Shown here: positions 1-6,798 of the stretch, piece after piece
Position numbering within the stretch: position 1 is the stretch's first letter
How the letters are laid out: each line of letters starts with the position of its first letter
Assembly: GCA_048939465.1 (NCBI GenBank)
Contig: JBHLPL010000107.1
Coordinates: 1 to 6,798, forward strand
Length of the DNA stretch: 6,798 nt
Direction: 5' to 3'
From: Promethearchaeota archaeon
GTDB lineage: Archaea; Asgardarchaeota; Odinarchaeia; Odinarchaeales; JBHLKK01
The notes under the pieces: model-generated
What the model was told of the DNA's origin: nothing
Databases searched by the model: none
The model's input: only the letters and a program-made list of their open reading frames with translations
Made by a program: the position numbers and the translations under genes

Positions 1-60
1 CTCCAAGAACTCATGTCTTTAGGAATATTCCCGAGAGTCGATATCAAAGAAAGAATTTAA
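1..60 (+). CDS. rpoB: DNA-directed RNA polymerase subunit B (Rpo2), C-terminal fragment; gene starts before the window
   Basis: Frame 1 reads LQELMSLGIFPRVDIKERI*, matching the conserved archaeal RpoB C-terminus (LxQELMS...PR). It lies 11 nt upstream of rpoA1, the canonical position. Confidence 0.93.
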   Translation, partial: LQELMSLGIFPRVDIKERI

Positions 61-71
61 GGCGATTTCGT

Positions 72-3916
<3,845 letters not shown>

Positions 3917-3921
3917 AACCG

Positions 3922-4224
3922 ATGATTGATGTAGATAAGGCGCTTAGAATAACAATTAAAAGCGGTAAGATCATAATAGGGTCAAAGAGAACACTAGAGG
4001 ACATTAAGAAGGGCAAAACCAAGCTTGTCATAATGGCATCAAATGTCCCATCAGAAATCTCAAAGGACATTGAATACTATGCAAAGATCGGCAAAATTCC
4101 TACGTATGTTTATCCAGGCACGAGCTGGGATCTGGGATCAGTATGTGGAAAGCCTTTTATGGTCTCAACACTAGCAATAACCGACCCCGGGGACTCAAAC
4201 ATTCTAAAACTTGCAGAGGTGTAG
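3922..4224 (+). CDS. rpl30e: 50S ribosomal protein L30e (eL30)
   Basis: 100 aa with GKIIIGSKRT, KLVIMASN, GTSWDLGSVCGKPF and DPGDSNI motifs. SD-like GAGGAG at 3907-3912. Canonical position after rpoA2. Confidence 0.97.
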   Translation: MIDVDKALRITIKSGKIIIGSKRTLEDIKKGKTKLVIMASNVPSEISKDIEYYAKIGKIPTYVYPGTSWDLGSVCGKPFMVSTLAITDPGDSNILKLAEV

Positions 4225-4231
4225 GAGATTG

Positions 4232-4666
4232 GTGGCGCATGTTAAGCTAACGGCAGACGAAATGCATTACATTTCACTGTTTGAGAGCATTACCGGGGCG
4301 ATCGCAAAGGACTGCATAATCGATGAAAACGGGGGAAGAATAATCTTTGTCGTCAAAGCAGGAAACATAGGCCTTGCCATAGGACGAGGTGGATCCAACA
4401 TAAAACGGGTAAGGAAGTTCGTAGGGAAGCTTGTGGATGTTGTTGAACATGCAGTTACCGCAGAGAGCTTCATCAAAAACATCCTCGTACCCGCAAAAAT
4501 CAAATCAATACACGTAACTGAAAGAAGCGACGGAAAGAAAATAGCGTCTGTCGAAGTAGAACCCAGCGATAGAGGAATAGCAATTGGAAAGAATGGCAAG
4601 AATATTATGAAAGCAAGAATACTCGCAAAACGCCATTTTGGAATAGATGATGTAAAGATTAAGTAG
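4232..4666 (+). CDS. nusA: Archaeal transcription factor NusA (two KH domains)
   Basis: KLTADEMHYISLFESITGA start, and two KH GxxG loops (AIGRGGSNI, AIGKNGKNI). The ORF-track start at 4211 overlaps rpl30e and is unlikely. The true start is probably GTG 4232 or TTG 4229, preceded by GAGGTG (4216-4221) and AGGAG (4223-4227). Ends in tandem TAG TAG. Confidence 0.96.
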   Translation: MAHVKLTADEMHYISLFESITGAIAKDCIIDENGGRIIFVVKAGNIGLAIGRGGSNIKRVRKFVGKLVDVVEHAVTAESFIKNILVPAKIKSIHVTERSDGKKIASVEVEPSDRGIAIGKNGKNIMKARILAKRHFGIDDVKIK

Positions 4667-4740
4667 TAGGTATTTCTTGCCTGCAGACATCAAAATGAAG
4701 CCTAGAATTGGGCTTGGAATAGATCTTGAAATCTGGGATT
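4667..4740. terminator. Candidate termination region between convergent nusA and rps12
   Basis: 74-nt spacer. On +, T-rich TATTTCTT (4671-4678) follows the nusA stop. Hairpin AAGCCTA-GAAT-TGGGCTT at 4698-4715 (7 bp with one G-U on +). On the minus strand the hairpin is followed by CATTTT. Confidence 0.35.
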
Positions 4741-5184
4741 TTATCGCACCGGTTTTTCTTTCTTTCCAATCAGCAGCGAATCTAAAGAAGCATTATTGAC
4801 CTTAATTACTTTCCAGCGAACGCCAGGAAGGTCTCCCTTGGCACGACCCCTTGCGCCACCTATGCCAACAACTGTGACTTCGTCATGCTCATCAACAAAG
4901 TTCAAAGCCCCATCGCCGGGTAGAAAAGCAGAAATCTGCTTGCCATTCTTGATCAATTGAATACGAACACACTTCCGGATTGCTGAGTTCGGTTGCTTCG
5001 ATTCCACACCGACCTTCTCTAGGACTATTCCTCTTGCTTGCGGTGCTCCTCCCAGAGGATCAGCTTTGACATCTAGTCTCAGCATTTTTCTTTTGTAATA
5101 CCTGTCACTCCAGAGGAATTTTTTCCTCTTCCGCTTAAGCTTCCTTGTCGAGAATTCACCCTTGGGAGCTTTTGAACCAGGCAA
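4741..5184 (-). CDS. rps12: 30S ribosomal protein S12 (uS12, archaeal/eukaryotic S23 type)
   Basis: 147 aa with [43 protein letters not shown] and [10 protein letters not shown] motifs. TTG start. Intact and full length. Confidence 0.98.
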   Translation of the reverse strand: MPGSKAPKGEFSTRKLKRKRKKFLWSDRYYKRKMLRLDVKADPLGGAPQARGIVLEKVGVESKQPNSAIRKCVRIQLIKNGKQISAFLPGDGALNFVDEHDEVTVVGIGGARGRAKGDLPGVRWKVIKVNNASLDSLLIGKKEKPVR

Positions 5185-5191
5185 TCTATAC

Positions 5192-5198
5192 CCTCCTT
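5192..5198 (-). promoter_or_regulatory. Shine-Dalgarno site of rps12
   Basis: AAGGAGG on the minus strand, 7 nt before the TTG start at 5184. Confidence 0.8.
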
Positions 5199-5226
5199 AG
5201 GACTGGCTAAGAAGTACAAAGATTCA

Positions 5227-5241
5227 TATTTAAAGCTTCTG
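5227..5241 (-). promoter_or_regulatory. Candidate archaeal promoter (BRE-like + TATA box) of rps12
   Basis: Minus strand reads CAGAAGC-TTTAAATA (TATA box 5234-5227). Typical archaeal spacing puts the start site near 5204, which is a C/A pyrimidine-purine step just upstream of the SD. Confidence 0.6.
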
Positions 5242-5290
5242 TCTAAACCGAAGCAAGGATTCATATACAGCTTGAGTGCAAATTCATAGC

Positions 5291-5329
5291 TTTAAATTAC
5301 TTAGGTTTAAATAGAGTATTGTTTAAAGA
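5291..5329. promoter_or_regulatory. Cluster of TATA-like boxes; candidate promoter(s) for the + strand membrane protein gene and possibly distal rps12 promoters
   Basis: Palindromic TTTAAA at 5291, 5306 (TTTAAATA) and 5322 in the divergent intergenic region. SD-like GAGGT at 5369-5373 lies 7 nt before TTG 5381. Confidence 0.45.
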
Positions 5330-5380
5330 CTAGCTAAAGCTTAAGAGGCAATAACCATTAGATAAACCGAGGTCGAGGAG

Positions 5381-6352
5381 TTGCCGAGGAAGAAATCGAA
5401 GAGAAAAACGAAGAAAGAGACAGAAGAGAAAGAAGAAGTTCCGGAAGTGGAGAGTGAAGAGGCGGAAAAGCAATTCTTTGGGCGAGCAGAAGTAGTTTAT
5501 AAGGCAAGTCCAAACTTCATCGTCAGATTGTGGTGGCTTTTCATAATATCAATAGCTGTGGCTGCATTAGGTGCTGTAAGACTGCTGCTATGGACCAGGA
5601 GTACGTTTTTTGACATCATTATGCCAATAACCACCGTAGTAGCTACATGGAATACTTACTATCTTTATGTTGTGTTAACAGGTATTCTATTCTTCGTTGC
5701 AATCGTTGTGCTGAGCCGTTACGTTACCAAAAACCGTTGGGTAGCTTATGCTCTTTTAGGAGTCTCAATCTTCTTCCTGATTCGCGTTATAGAAAACAAT
5801 GTTACTGCGATAATATTGCCTGCTGTCGATGTAAGCCTTCCATTCTATACCGGTATCATATACTGGGGGATGGTGATTCAAGTATTCATTGTACCTTTCT
5901 TGCTGGAGAGGGTAAACAAGGACTTGGAAAGGATATTTGTATCGACCCGTTATGGCTTTCTCCTCGATACGGGATGGCTAAGGGATTGGGACATTATTCC
6001 TTATTTCATCGTCAGCGGTGTAGAAATAGACATGCCAAAAAACCCAATAAGAAAGTTCTTCCACTGGATATTCAAACTTGCCGATGTCAAAATATTCTTC
6101 TGGAGAAAGATCGAGATTGGGGGAACGACAACAAGATACTATAGGCTGAGAGACTACCCGGACGCCCCCGATCTGGTAAGATATATAAAGAGACACAGAT
6201 ATCGATTGACGTACCTGCACAAGAGGCTACCGGGTATTAAATACTGGCGGGATAGGCGGAAAATCATAACAAAGATCAGAGACGGAAAAGGCCCGTTAAT
6301 CCTCAGTCCCGATGTCTTAGAAGAGATAAAAGACAAGACTCAAAAGAGATAA
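5381..6352 (+). CDS. Uncharacterised integral membrane protein (about 4-5 TM segments) with a probable bacterial-PH-like (bPH_2/YdbS-type) C-terminal domain
   Basis: 323 aa, TTG start with SD. Charged N-terminus, hydrophobic segments at nt ~5516-5905, then a soluble region (TRYGFLLDTGWLRDWDIIPY..VSGVEI...RKFFHWIFKLADVKI...RLRDYPDAPDLVRYIK). Its pattern resembles bPH_2 domains by eye. The CDS is well supported; the domain call is inference. Confidence 0.8.
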   Translation: MPRKKSKRKTKKETEEKEEVPEVESEEAEKQFFGRAEVVYKASPNFIVRLWWLFIISIAVAALGAVRLLLWTRSTFFDIIMPITTVVATWNTYYLYVVLTGILFFVAIVVLSRYVTKNRWVAYALLGVSIFFLIRVIENNVTAIILPAVDVSLPFYTGIIYWGMVIQVFIVPFLLERVNKDLERIFVSTRYGFLLDTGWLRDWDIIPYFIVSGVEIDMPKNPIRKFFHWIFKLADVKIFFWRKIEIGGTTTRYYRLRDYPDAPDLVRYIKRHRYRLTYLHKRLPGIKYWRDRRKIITKIRDGKGPLILSPDVLEEIKDKTQKR

Positions 6353-6388
6353 AAGACAAGGCTCAAAAGAGATAAAAGACAAGGCTCA
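6321..6388 (+). repeat. Tandem repeat, ~3 copies of a 23-bp unit AAGAGATAAAAGACAAG(A/G)CTCAA
   Basis: Copies at 6321-6343, 6344-6366 and 6367-6388 (last copy 22 bp). One A/G difference between copy 1 and copies 2-3. No spacers. Confidence 0.95.
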
Positions 6389-6404
6389 GATATGATCGCT
6401 ACTT

Positions 6405-6419
6405 GCTGTGAAAAACAGC
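6405..6419 (-). terminator. Candidate terminator of the MFS gene
   Basis: Directly after the TGA the minus strand reads GCTGT-TTTTC-ACAGC, a 5-bp inverted repeat containing a T5 run. Confidence 0.3.
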
Positions 6420-6421
6420 TT

Positions 6422-6798
6422 TCAGCCGAGCCTTGATACCTTTTTAAGAGCTAAGGAAGCAATTACTCCTGCTACGGAAATGACTGCTGTTAACACAAAG
6501 AGAGGCGTATATGATCCCGTGAGGTCTCTAAGAAAGCCGCCTAAATAGGGTGCGACAATAGCTGATGAAAAGGCAAGAGTACTGACCATCCCAAGAGCTT
6601 TGTTCACGTTTCCAGGAGAAACTATGTCTTTGGGAATCGTAAAACAAGGTCCAAAGCTCATATTGCTGCCCCAGCCAATAATCATGAGCGTGCCCAGCAG
6701 ATAGGCGAGGTTTGTTATCGGAGGGCCAGCAAGAATCAATATACTAACATTAATCCCCAACCCCACAGCCGTAACCAGGACTCTCTTTCCAGTTCTGT
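6422..6798 (-). CDS. Major facilitator superfamily transporter, C-terminal part; gene starts beyond the window
   Basis: The frame stays open to the window edge. Upstream of the ORF-track start it reads RTGKRVLVTAVGLG, resembling the loop 8-9 (D)RxGRR motif. About four TM helices follow, including the typical TM11-12 motif APYLGGFLRDLTGSY. Substrate cannot be assigned. Confidence 0.9.
   Translation of the reverse strand, partial: RTGKRVLVTAVGLGINVSILILAGPPITNLAYLLGTLMIIGWGSNMSFGPCFTIPKDIVSPGNVNKALGMVSTLAFSSAIVAPYLGGFLRDLTGSYTPLFVLTAVISVAGVIASLALKKVSRLG

Noticed and set aside
4267-4693. Minus-strand ORFs 4267-4599 (110 aa) and 4505-4693, which might look like genes following rps12
   Set aside because: Neither resembles uS7 or any known protein. 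Both overlap nusA in antisense, and the Phe/Ser/Leu bias is typical of reverse-complemented Lys/Glu-rich codons.
5112-5129. Perfect 7-bp hairpin AGAGGAA-N4-TTCCTCT and an A6 run inside rps12, as a possible frameshift signal
   Set aside because: Explained by the codons for RKKFL. It is not a proper X XXY YYZ heptamer, and the protein is full length without a shift.
4667-5380. rps12 as a recombinase-switchable invertible cassette
   Set aside because: No convincing inverted repeats between the two flanks (best match about 6 bp, AGGCAA) and no recombinase gene in the window.
5647-6144. 165-aa alternative-frame ORF inside the membrane protein gene, plus small antisense ORFs 5978-6220 and 6154-6336
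   Set aside because: Fully nested, with Cys/Arg-rich unnatural composition and no domain pattern. The 323-aa frame explains the region.
6321-6388. 23-bp repeats as a CRISPR array
   Set aside because: Units abut with no spacers, and no cas genes or leader are visible.
6380-6435. 8-bp inverted match CAAGGCTC (repeat) / GAGCCTTG (MFS 3' end)
   Set aside because: Short, 40 nt apart and not extendable; consistent with chance.

Overview
Archaeal chromosomal window. The + strand carries the conserved core transcription cluster: the 3' end of rpoB, then rpoA1 (A'), rpoA2 (A''), rpl30e and nusA. The next gene of the canonical cluster, rps12 (uS12), is on the opposite strand, convergent with nusA. 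It has its own candidate TATA box and a strong Shine-Dalgarno (SD) site, and rps7 is not adjacent. A divergent AT-rich control region leads to a 323-aa uncharacterised membrane protein with a probable bacterial-PH-like C-terminal domain, whose stop codon lies inside a 3 x 23-bp tandem repeat. The window ends in the 3' part of a convergent MFS transporter. No mobile element, CRISPR array, intein or structural RNA gene was recognised. The main anomaly is the flipped, apparently stand-alone rps12 and the regulatory elements around it.
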